NCBI GenBank assembly: GCA_030704615.1
Contig: CM060733.1
Location: 69,626,001 to 69,690,000, forward strand
Reading direction: 5' to 3'
DNA from: Takakia lepidozioides
Lineage: Eukaryota > Plantae > Bryophyta
DNA length: 64,000 nt
In this document: positions 1 to 10,900 of the stretch, in pieces
Layout of the letters: every line of letters starts with the position of its first letter
How positions within the stretch are numbered: position 1 is the first letter of the stretch
The notes under the pieces: model-generated
Seen by the model: the letters and a program-made list of their open reading frames with translations, nothing else
Databases searched by the model: none
What the model was told of the DNA's origin: nothing
Program-made: the position numbers and the translations under genes

Positions 1-32
1 TTGGGGGTATTGCGGCTGCCCAACGGGGCAAG

Positions 33-1591
33 ATGCCAACACTAGCCGCCTTTACAGCTGCAGTTAGTTGGCCTGGAAGGTTGCTGGAAGGCAATGCCCA
101 TGCAGAGGATGTGCCACCTCCAGCAGAGCAGGATGACATGCATGGTATGGTGGAGTTGCCTGCCATGGTTGCTCACACTCCATTGTGGGGTACGAGCAAG
201 GATTTGCAGCAGGTTGCTGATCGACGGGTGCAACAAGCCTGGGTAGAGGCTTTTGTACCGTCAGGAGAGGAGGAGAGTGCAGGACCACCTCAGTTGTTAC
301 CATTGGATACCACACCTATTGTGTGGCAGTATCCGGATGAAGGCATTTGCCTTCTGGACTTGTTTGGCGGGATCAGCACCGGATTGGCTGCTGTGCTACA
401 GGCAGGTGTGCGGGTAAGGCGTTACCTGTATGTGGAGAGGGATGAGACTGCACGACGCGTCTCACTGCGCCATGTGGCTCAGTTGGTACAACAGTACCCT
501 GACTTGTTGCCTGTGTCTGCAGTTCGTTGATACCAACAAGCCTTGCCAGCAGACATTTCCTTGTTGGGGGCGCAAGATTTGGAGCAGGTTGGCTCCATTG
601 ATCTGATAGTGGCAGGTTGGCCCTGCCAAGGGCATTCATCAGCCGGGCATGGCAATGGATTGCGAGACTCGAGGACGGGTCTGTTTTGGGAGATGGTGCG
701 GGTTTTGCGCCACTTGCAGCTTCATCAAGCTGTATCTCCAGCATACATCTTGGAGAATGTGCCACTGATGGGCGATTCTCGGGCCAGGGTGATGGCCAGT
801 GTGCATCAAGTCCGGTCGTGGCTTGGGTTAGCAGTGCTGCTGGATGCAGCTGCAGTGGGATCACGGGCTCATCGTCCACGGCTATGGTGGACTAACTTGA
901 TGCCACCCGCACTGCTCAAGCGTGCATTTGATGGGGTGCAGCAGCCAACACACCTCATAGTGGACAACATTTTGGACACATGGAGGCAGTCTCAATGTGT
1001 GAGACACGATGACCGTTCGTCTTTGGCAGTGGTCAACAGTGTGGGTCAACCACGAGCAGCATTACCTACACTTTTCAGCTTCCCAGGATCCCATGCTTTT
1101 CGGGATGGTGGACCTGGCCTCCTGTGGGATGCTCAGTTGCAACAGTTAGTGGAGCCTAATGTCGACGAGCGAGAGCGGGCTATGGGATTTTCCACTGGGA
1201 CCACGGCGGTGCCTTCTCTTTCTGAGGCATCACGTCGTCAGGTGTTGGGGCAAGCAATGGATCTCAATTGCTTGACCTGGATTATCAGCTTGGCTATGGC
1301 TGAGCAACGTAGAGTGCGGAGTGCACTTCCCTTGACGGTCTCTCTGCCTACCGAGACGGTACAGGCAGCGAGTGGGGGCGAGCCGGTGAGGACCACGGGG
1401 TGTAGACATCCATGGCACACGTGGGGGTGCTCGAGGTTCAGAGGGAGTTGGCAGCCAAGGCAGCTGTGATGGATGAGGTTGGGGATTCTTCTCGGGATGA
1501 GGAGGTTCTCAATGATGAGATGATGGGGCAGGATGAGGCCTTGTCATTGACTGAGCAGGAAGGGAGTACTGCTCAAGAGGTTGCAGCATAG
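33..1591 (+). pseudogene. DNMT3-like C5 cytosine methyltransferase domain in the retrotransposon polyprotein (copy A)
   Basis: Motif I LDLFGGIS, II YVERD, IV AGWPCQGHS (catalytic PC), VI YILENV, VIII AHRPRLWWTNL, IX ERERAMGF, X SRRQVLGQAM. Premature TGA at 528-530 and 1-bp deletion near 1425 relative to copy B. Confidence 0.93.
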
Positions 1592-4500
1592 CAACCACGG
1601 GACGCGTCCTCTACCTCTAAGCCCACTGGACTTAAGGTTGCAGTTACGGAGGACAGTTGGGAGCCTGACATTGGACCCATTGTCACCGGAGGAGAGAGAC
1701 GACGTATACGGCGGTTCCTGAGGGCTTACAGGAATTGCTTTGCCTTCAGTTTGAAGGACTTGGGAGCACTGAAGGGTCAAGAGATCCGTATTGAGTTGGC
1801 CACTGACACGCCAATCTTTCGGAGACCCTATAGATACAGTGACATGGAGAGGTCTTTGATTCAGATGAGGACTCAAGATCTCTGGGAGGCAGGTTTGGTG
1901 GAGCTATCTGGTGGAGAGTATGCTTCAGCCACAGTGATGCCAGCCAAGAAGGATGTCTATGGCAATTGGACGGAGAGACGTATGTGCGGTGATTACCGGC
2001 CTGTAAATCGTCAGACCAAGTCCGATAGGTATGCCATGCCGACACCAGAGGAGATCTTTGATGCCATTGGGCATTCCAAGGTCTTTAGCACGTTGGATTT
2101 ACGATCCGGATATCACCAGTTGCCGATCAAGGAGGCGGATAAGCAAAAGACGGCATTCTGGGGGATCAATGAGCACGGGAAGGATTGCCTATACCAGTGG
2201 CGGTTCTTACCATTTGGGCTTAAAAACGCTCCCGCTGAGTTTCAAAGAGTCATGGACAGGATTCTAGCAGGGGTGGAGTTTGCTCGGTGCTACATAGATG
2301 ACATCATCATCTTTAGTGCTACGGTGGAGGGGCATGAGAGACACCTTCAGGGGGTATTTGAGCGCTTGAGGACGCACGGATTGAAGTTACATCCGGGCAA
2401 GTGCAAGTTTTTCCACAACCAGATTGAGTATCTGGGTCACATGATATATCCTGGAGGATTGGGGGTACAGCAGTAGAGTCCATTGCACAGGTTCCACGCC
2501 CCACGGATGTGAGCCGAGTTCGAGCTTTCATGGGGTTAGCAAACTATTACAGACGGTTTGTTAAGGGATTTAGTGCCATTGCAAAGGCTCTAACCAAGCT
2601 GACCAAGGTGGACCAGGAGTGGCAGTGGGAAGATGAGCAAGAACAAGCTTTTCAAGAGCTCAAGGCGAGGTTGACCTCGGCGCCCATCTTGAGACGACCT
2701 ATCAGGGGGCGTCCTTTTCAGCTGCATACAGATTGGAGCATGCTGGGGCTTGGAGCGGTGCTCACACAGGTGGATGATGAGGGAAGAGAGTTCGTAGTGG
2801 CTTATGCTAGCCGCTCGAACAATGCTGCAGAGTCTAAGTATAGCTCATATGAGGGAGAATGCTTAGCTGCAGTGTGGGCCGTGGCACACTTCAGGTGCTA
2901 TCTATACGGCAATCTCTTCACCCTTGTCACGGATCACCAACCACTCAAGTGGTTGATGGAGTCAGACAAGCTTACGGGGAAGCTTGCACGGTGGGCACTC
3001 ATCCTTCAAGAGTATGACTTTCAGGTGGTGCATCGACCGGGTTTGGTCAATCGCAATGCAGATGGGTTGAGTCGCAATCCATGCACGAGCCAGCAAGATG
3101 ACACTGGAGCTCAGTGGCATGGTGAGACGGACGAGGAGATGGTGCCCGATGGCATGCATCTGCATTTCTGTGTATCTTGGCAGCGGAAGGCCAGGTTGGA
3201 CCTGCAACAGGGATGACTGTAGATCAAGTGTCTGAGGACCCTGAGGCCAGCAATGAGCAAGGTGGCGCCAAAGATATACATGAGGATTCAGTTGTGTTGG
3301 ACTACCTCCGCACTGGAGACACTGCAGCCACTGTGACTGCCAAGGAGAGGGATCGGATCCTACAACGAGCCAAGAGGTTCAAGTGGGAGGGGACACACCT
3401 GCTCCGAGTGTGGGAGGATGGTCGAGTGAGGATTGTGCCTCACCCAACACAGCGGGCACGGTTAGTGCGGCATGCCCATGAGGAGTTGGGGCATTTTGGG
3501 GTGCGACGCACTCATAGTCTACTGCAGGGGCAGTATTGGTGGCGTGGTATGCACACAGAGGTGCAACAATTTGTGGCTAGGTGCATGGTGTGTGACAGGG
3601 TGCGTGCTTCATTCAACGCCCCTACTCCACAATTGCACCCTCTTCCGATCATGGGATTGGGCTACAGGTGGAGTCTTGACTTCGCAGGGCCGTTGCCACT
3701 GACCATGCGCCACAACAAGTACGTGTTGGTGATGGTGGAACACTTCTCCAAGTGGATTGAATTGGTTCCATTGCCTGATAAGGCTAGTGAGGGAGCTGCG
3801 TATGCATTCTTGGATTGTGTGCTTAGCCGATTCGGTGCTCCAGCTGAGGTACTCACGGACCAAGGGAGAGAGTTCTTGGGGGAGTTTCAGGCTTTGTGTG
3901 ACAAGGCCTTGATAGACCACCGCACCACTTCTCGGGATCATCCTGAGGCCGATGGCTTGGCAGAGAGAGTTGTTCAGACAGTAAAGAGGGGTTTGCGCAA
4001 GTATGGCTTGCAGAAGGGACACCTAGGAGATTGGGACCTTCAGTTACCCTGGTTAGCCATGGGCTACAGGTTCAGCAAGCAAGCATCACTTGCCTCCTTC
4101 TCACCATACTTTCTTCTCTTTGGCCGAGAGCCGGATTTGCCTACATCCATTCGCAGAGAAGCTGCTACAGTTCTTAACCTTGACGATCCGGACGTGTGGG
4201 CACGTGCATGTGAGCAGCGTGCAGAGTTGTTCAAGAGAGTCATGCCCATGGCTTTCGAGAACCTTGCCATTGCACAACACCGTGATACGTTGAGGTATGC
4301 TACCATACGTGGTGGGGGCTATCGTCCTGGGGTTTGGAGATTCAACCCTGGTGACTATGTCTATCTGCAGCAGACTGCTTCTACGACCCTGGATGTGACT
4401 GCAGGACGTGTTATTTTGAGGGTTCGAGAGGTCTTGCCTTCAGGCGTCTTGGTCTTGGAGGGTCGGGATGGCATAACTTGGAAGGACCATGTGCGTAATT

Positions 4501-4720
4501 GTGCGCCATGTCACCTTCCGAATGTCGATGGCAGGATTGACCCAAACCTGGCAGTGGTATCTGCAAGTTTGAGGTGCATGTTGTGTGGGTCTGCTAAAGG
4601 GGCAGCCACCATGCTGGTGTGTGATCGATGCTCTAGAGGTTGGCATATGGGATGCTTGACTCCACCTCTTGAGATGGTTCCGGATGGGATTGGTTATGTC
4701 CACATTGCATTGGATAGTGG
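1592..4720 (+). pseudogene. pol: reverse transcriptase, RNase H, integrase, C-terminal PHD finger (copy A)
   Basis: ORFs 1751-2476 (RT), 2509-3216 (RNase H) and 3177-4772 (IN). Relative to copy B there is a 7-bp deletion near 2474 and 1-bp deletions near 3148 and 4688. PHD CMLC..VCDRC..WHMGC is frameshifted before the last CxxC. Confidence 0.95.
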
Positions 4721-4966
4721 GAGTGGATACAACCATGGAAGGTTAACAAGAAATGCAAGGTCCAGCTACTAGGAGACCTTGAACACACGAGGTCCTGGCT
4801 CAAGTTCACAGATTGCAAGATGACGACTAACGATGGGGCTACTCTTGTACCCGACCTCTTGGTCTATAGAGTTTGAGTGCAATAGGGACAGTGATAGAGG
4901 ACTTAGTACGGCTGTGGCTATTACATCTTGTAGCTATCTGGAGGTAGAGGGACCTACCCACCAGCT

Positions 4967-4976
4967 AGGGGGGCGA
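4967..4976 (+). promoter_or_regulatory. Polypurine tract of copy A
   Basis: AGGGGGGCGA just before the TGT LTR start. The same motif lies at 36598-36607 on - in copy B. Confidence 0.85.
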
Positions 4977-4977
4977 T

Positions 4978-5504
4978 TGTGGCAGACTACTTTATTGTGC
5001 ATATATATGTGGTGTGGTTTGGACAGCGATGTAGTTGTGTAGCGATATGTATGCGCACGACAGCTGTCAAGTTAAATAATCACAGTGCGAAAACAACTAG
5101 AATAAAACTAGTTATTTGTATTTAACACTTGGATTTAGGTCAAGTGTTAAATCAGGTGTCAAGTTTAGTTTGACACCTGAACGGCCTTATCTTCACGAAA
5201 GCGGCAGTCGCGTGGCTCATCTCTCTCGAGTTGAGCCTGCACGACCGAGCTCCTGCATTGTTTAGGACTGAGTGTGCTTATGATGGGAGTATAGGTTGTT
5301 GTGGGGTAGAGTCCCCATAGCTTGGGGTGCCCCTGGCTCGACTATTATCTTAACGAGTGATAGCGATGGATTTCATGTTTCTTGTGTTGAAAGTGTGTGT
5401 CCTATAGCTTTCTTATCATTGTGGCAGACTACTTTATTATGCATATATATGGGGTGTGGTTTGGACAGCGATGTAGTTGTGTAGCGATATGTATGCGCAC
5501 GACA
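4978..5504 (+). repeat. 3' LTR of copy A with 85-bp terminal direct repeats (4978-5062 and 5420-5504)
   Basis: Starts TGTGGCAG after the PPT and ends GCACGACA. The two 85-bp repeats are near identical. Confidence 0.8.
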
Positions 5505-5790
5505 TATGACTTGCATCCTGAGTTGCGCCTAGGCCAGTTCCAAGGGAACAATGGTGGCCGGGGGCGAGGTGGACCAGCCCAGAGAGGACGAGGTGGCCGG
5601 GCACGACGTGCAGGCCAAGGGCAAGCTCAACATGGCCAAGGACGCGGAGGTCAGGGTGTTGACCAAGGCATGGCCAACCGGCTTCAGCAGCTAGAGCAAA
5701 GGCTCACTGCCATGGCTACAGCTCAGGCGGTACCGGCTCCCAGACGGGATGGTCCACCTCCTGCGTCTGAGGGAGGAGATATGGGAGGGG
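5505..5790 (+). mobile_element. Gag C-terminal fragment of a retroelement into which copy A inserted
   Basis: YDLHPELR (typical sequence right after a CCHC knuckle), then an RG-rich stretch and a coiled coil, starting exactly at the LTR end. Confidence 0.5.
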
Positions 5791-6860
5791 GAGGAACTGC
5801 ACAAAGAAGTGACAGATACCATAAGGGAAATGCAGAAGAGCACTGATATTCCTATGGTAGATTCATCTTATTCTGAAAGAGAAGAGGAAGTGAGTGAGGA
5901 TGAAGGGAAGAAAGAGGCTGCAGACATGCATAGTAATGAAGGGACTTTGGCTGAAGTAATATGCCAGTCCAAAGCGGAGATTACCATTGGACAGCTATTG
6001 GCTGTGGCACCTTATTGTAGACACAGGTTGTATCAAGCAATCAATCGAATTGCCCATGTGACATAGAACACAGACCTGAACAGCAAGGTGACTAGTTATA
6101 ATGTGAAGCCGGAAGGGCGAGAAACAGTCATGGACTTTGATGATTCTATGCTAGTAATCCAATTGAGAATTGGAAGCACAGAACTAACTGATGTACTGAT
6201 AGATGGAGGCTCTGGAGTGAATATCATGACAGACCAATTAAGGCAGAAGCTTGGTCTAAGTAACATGAAACCAGCCCCATTTACAGTAACAATGGCAGAT
6301 CAAAGAAGTGTACAGCCATTGGGATTGATAAGAGGAGTTAAGATAAAGATTCAAAAGATGATCTTTATGATCACAGTAACTGTGTTGAAAATGGATGAAA
6401 TCATGGAGGCTTACTTCTTATTATTGGGACGTCCGTGGCTGAAACAGGCCAGGGTATTCCATGACTGGAATTCTCAGTTACTAACTGTGCATAATGGGAT
6501 GCACAAGATACAAATTACCACTAAGAAATCTAGTAGATTACCTGCTACGAGAAGACCTCGTGGGGTCACGGAGTATGACTGGAGGGGAGGACTGGATGAG
6601 GAGCACGAAGTTACTCTATTCGCTGCACACCCAGAGTGGGAACAGGTTGCAGAGATGCAGCTGGAAGGCCTAAGTTGTTTAAAAGGTATCTGCTGTGGTG
6701 TAGTGACAGCAACACCAATTGAAGGTGAAATAAGCAGTTACCCACCACATTTTTATGAAGAAAGAGAAGGAGAAATGGAAATCCTAGAGGAACCAGCCAC
6801 TGTGAGTTTACAGGATGAAGTGGTGACTGGTTGGACAATCACAGCTGAATCTGTAAGCAT
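5790..6860 (+). mobile_element. Fragment of a second, AT-richer Ty3/gypsy element (late gag and aspartic protease)
   Basis: ITIGQLLAVAPYCR, protease motifs VLIDGGSGVNIM and LLLGRPWL; in-frame stop at 6064-6066. Confidence 0.8.
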
Positions 6861-7929
6861 AGCCACTCTAGTTTTCCTCATCTCCCTCTCCATAGCTACA
6901 ACATGCAATGAATGTCTTGACAGGCTGTCTCTAGAAGAAAGACAATACGGATGGGTTTATGAGGAACTGCTGTTTGATCCCCCATGTGCCTCATAATACA
7001 ACAAGTATGGACAAATGAATCTCTCAACATTCTGTCTTTAGAAGAAAATCCATATTGGTCTAAAAAGAGTTGTTGTCCGATTGGCTCATGTGCGTGTGAC
7101 TTGCGTAAGATATGTGCGCACTGTGGCTAAGTGCTTCGAGGGTAATGAAGAGCCCATTCATTTTCTTGGACATACAATGGCTTGTGTAAGTACGGTATAC
7201 TGAGTCTGCTCTTGTGGGGGAATATATAAGAGCTATGGAGGAGGTAAGATACCTTCAACATTGGGGTCCTCAATGGTCTCACATATTGTATTGATGAGTT
7301 CTCCTTGGACCAGTATTTGCAATTCCTGCAGGATCAACAAAGTTGTGCATTTTATTCCTTGTAACCTTCTGTCAACATAATGTCTACCTTGCCATACTAT
7401 GACCTTATGGCAAGCAACTGTTTGGTAGACCTCCAATGTATTGGAGGATTCCACAACCCTGAAATGTCATAAAGGTTTTTTCATGGAGTAGCATTTCCAA
7501 AACAATCTGGTACATGCATCATCATCATTCAAATGCCTTTATTAATACCGTGGTTTCTTGTGCCTACACTGCAGGACATTGAACAGCTCCCTCTGTCCTT
7601 CTTGAACATGTTCTCTCACCTTCTCACTGTGGAGAACACTTTATCTAAGCTACTATGCATTGTTAAGGCAACTTTAAACCATAGATTATTGTGATTCTGA
7701 TGACAAAAACTCCACCCCAGCCTCTCACAATGCATAGACTTCCTACCATAACGAAGCAGTGCTTGAGACGTCCATAAAGACGAGATGGCTGGAACAACCA
7801 TGCATATAAGACCGCTTATTATTAATCAATATGATTGGTGACTGCAATTTGGTGGCCGAGATCTGAAGAAGACATGCATCTCATTGCAACGCAACGATGT
7901 AAGGAGAAAGTGAAAAGCAAGGTAGTGCC

Positions 7930-10900
7930 TGTTCATGGCATTGTTCCTTCAGTTCGTGGTAAGAGGCAACAAGCTTGTTGCAGCGTGTGTGGTGGTCTAA
8001 CTGCACCGGCCCTCTTGGCTTTGGATAGGATGGTCCCAAGGCCTTTCCAAGCAAATAAACGCAATCAGTACATGACAACAACAAGCCCCTTCCAGCGACA
8101 ATCTGGCTTGTGTTGGCCACTACTTGTGTATTAAATCTAGATGACGAACATCTAATATCCACAACATGTTTGTATTGACACAGGGATTGCATGTGTGCAG
8201 AACATACTGTATGTTCATGGAATTTACTCCTAAATGGACTTGAAACAAACTTTATCTTTATCTTTATCTCTACTTCTAAATGAACTGGTGTGAGGAGAAC
8301 AACTACTCAGGGAGCCTAGGCAACAATGGCCCTTCATCCCTTACATAATGCATCACTGTTGAAGTATCAAAGGTTTTACTAGGGCCCAGTCTGCTATAAG
8401 CAAAAACCTTCTTCCCAGACTCCTTGTCAAGGAAGGCGAGCAATTGCATATCCTATCGGATTTAACCAGTGGGCTGCAATCCCATAATCAATGTGTCATC
8501 TGTTGGGAGCTCAACAGGTGCAAGTTTCATCATATGAGGGAAGAGAGGTTTTCCTGTTCATACCTGTCTTGCTGCTGCAAGCTCAACAGTAAGAGCTTGA
8601 ATGAGAAGATCATCATTCTGGCTTTTACTTAAAAATAGTCCCAACTTGTCCCTTGCCCCCCTCAACTGCCATAATCACAGCAAAACACTTCAAACCTCTG
8701 AAGTACATATAAATCAATCTCTGAAAGGAAATCGATCCAGCTGCTTGGTGGGCTGTAAAATGCCATGGGTCGCCCCAGTCCTGCAATGAATCAGCATCTG
8801 ACGTAGTCACACACACCTTGAGGACCCCTCTGTATTCTATGCTAGCAGGCACACTTCCTGGCCAGTACCTCAAACTGCCCAAGAAACAGACAAACGTAGA
8901 GACAGGATAAAACCATAGCATCCTTTATGCACCTATTTGACTCACTAAACACAACACTGGCGGTTACCTCTTTCTCCAAGATATTTCTGAGAGCAATCAC
9001 ACCATCAAGTCTCTGCTTCTGCTTTCCCCATGAGGATCTCAATGCCTGCATTGTTCTGACCATGGCTGTCACTGACTCTGCTAATCATACAGCCTGTCTC
9101 CATACTATTCTATCTTTCCCCTCTCGGAAAACACTGTACTTAATTAAAAGACCATAAATAGCCTTAAGAATGAGATATATTGGCAGCTCTAAAAATCAAA
9201 GGGAAACTGTGAGGCCAACAGCCACACATCAAATAACTGTGTCTATGACAGCTGACTAGGTATGATGTCCAATTATGACCACAAAGTCAATGCCAACATG
9301 GAAATCATTCAGCTGTACCCCTACTCTAAGCCACATAAGGAACTCCCTTAGGACCATCAATTCTTATCCACCGCGGCCTCTAAGGTCTAATCAATGAATG
9401 GGGTAAACTTTCTGGAGTTTTGGTCTATTTGATCCATCCTTAAAAGAAAGATGGTATGACTCACCAAAAAATCATGGACCAGTTTATCATACTGGAGCCG
9501 TCGGTCATGGTCCACTAGTTCAAGCTGGTTTCTGTGAAGAATCTCAATGGTCCGGCGCTCATCATTTGACGTACTATCGTAGCCTGGGATGGGGGAGGGT
9601 GTCAACTCCTGCAATTGAGCCTTCAATTCTGCCACCCTGTCCTGAAAGCATAGGTGACCCAAGAAATCCATATGCCAATAGCAAAAAGAATGAAGTTCGT
9701 CTTAAGGGAGTGGCTTTCAGCTGAGGAACTGAGCATAAGATGTTACAGAAGTCCAAAGCTTGTCCTCGAGATAACTATCTCTGTTTTCATGATGACCTGT
9801 GGATGCTGAGCTTTATTCATTCGTTGTATGCACACATAAAATGATCTGCACATGATGTAAAAGAAAACAAGCATTTCCATTACCCTTAGGAGGGATCCCA
9901 CCCAACCTGTGCCTTCTTCCACCACCTGGTGTCACATTACAGCACCTATATTTCAGGAACAAATTGTATCAAATAGAAATCATAGATATTGTAATGTAAC
10001 ACTTCTATTATGAAGGAGTAGCCTTCCTTCAAGACAATCTGCACACACAGAAGACCCTGTAATAGACTTGCCTAAGAGCAAGGCCCCCATTCCAATCTCT
10101 GTAATCTAAAGCTACAGGTTATGAACCTCAGTACAACAGTGGAATGATCATAATGAAGAAGGATGTCAGAGAAAGCCAGCATAACTATGAGCAAAAGTCA
10201 GGCTCTTCAAAGTTTCAGTGATAACTGGTACACTTGTCCCTCTGGCAGTCCATGGATGTGCTTAGTACTCTCTTCCTTTGTCCTTTCTGACTTCCAAAAA
10301 CCAATTGCACATTAAATTTATCCCACGCACTCCTCAGAGCCATCAACTTCAGCACCTAAAAAGAAACATGTGAGGACTAAATTACATTGAAACAACACAT
10401 GAGAGGTCTATGAGTATGATCGCATATCAATATCATTATGTGAAGTGCCCAATATAATGTCCTCAGCAGGAAGTACAAAATGACTGTAAGGATATGACCT
10501 TCTGCAGGGGAATGCGGTCACCAACTTCCCGCTGGATGATATGATGCAGCTTGACTATCTTGGAATCCAAAATCGCCTCATTTGCCTGTACCTCCAGTAG
10601 CTTCTTGTTTGCCTAACCCACCCACAAACTGTGTCCCCAGTGTAAGAACCTGAGCTAGGTACAGTACTGTGTACAACACAGAGAAAATGGAGAAATGTCC
10701 AAGCATATATTGGTCCATCCTAATACGAGTCAAAAGCAGAAGGGAGGCCTTTTTTAATGCATGGTAGAGCCAGCTTGTGATCCAAGATCTATTTCTGAGA
10801 ATATAAATAGACACTGATTTAACATGTCACCCAGGAGAGCAATGCTGTGACACCTTCATCCACAATTTCATCCCCCCATCTCTGAAAAATTGAGAAGCAG

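Larger units (their letters stand above)
1..5504 (+). mobile_element. Ty3/gypsy LTR retrotransposon carrying a DNMT3-like methyltransferase and PHD-finger integrase, copy A (5' part outside window, decayed)
   Basis: Order is PR tail, C5-MTase, RT (RMCGDYRPVN, YIDDII), RNase H (LHTDWS, TDHQPL), integrase (HHCC, DDE), PHD, PPT, then a TG...CA LTR. Collinear with copy B. Confidence 0.95.

Noticed and set aside
33-1469. Bacterial restriction-modification methyltransferase or contamination
   Set aside because: It is in frame with the retroelement protease, present in two copies, has DNMT3-like motifs and sits in intron-containing plant DNA.
373-4818. Antisense and alternate-frame ORFs over pol
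   Set aside because: These are shadow ORFs of GC-rich coding sequence with no domains.
5180-5240. Hammerhead ribozyme (retrozyme) in the LTR
   Set aside because: CTGA and GAAA occur in A, but there is no CTGANGA core with matching stems and it is not conserved in B.
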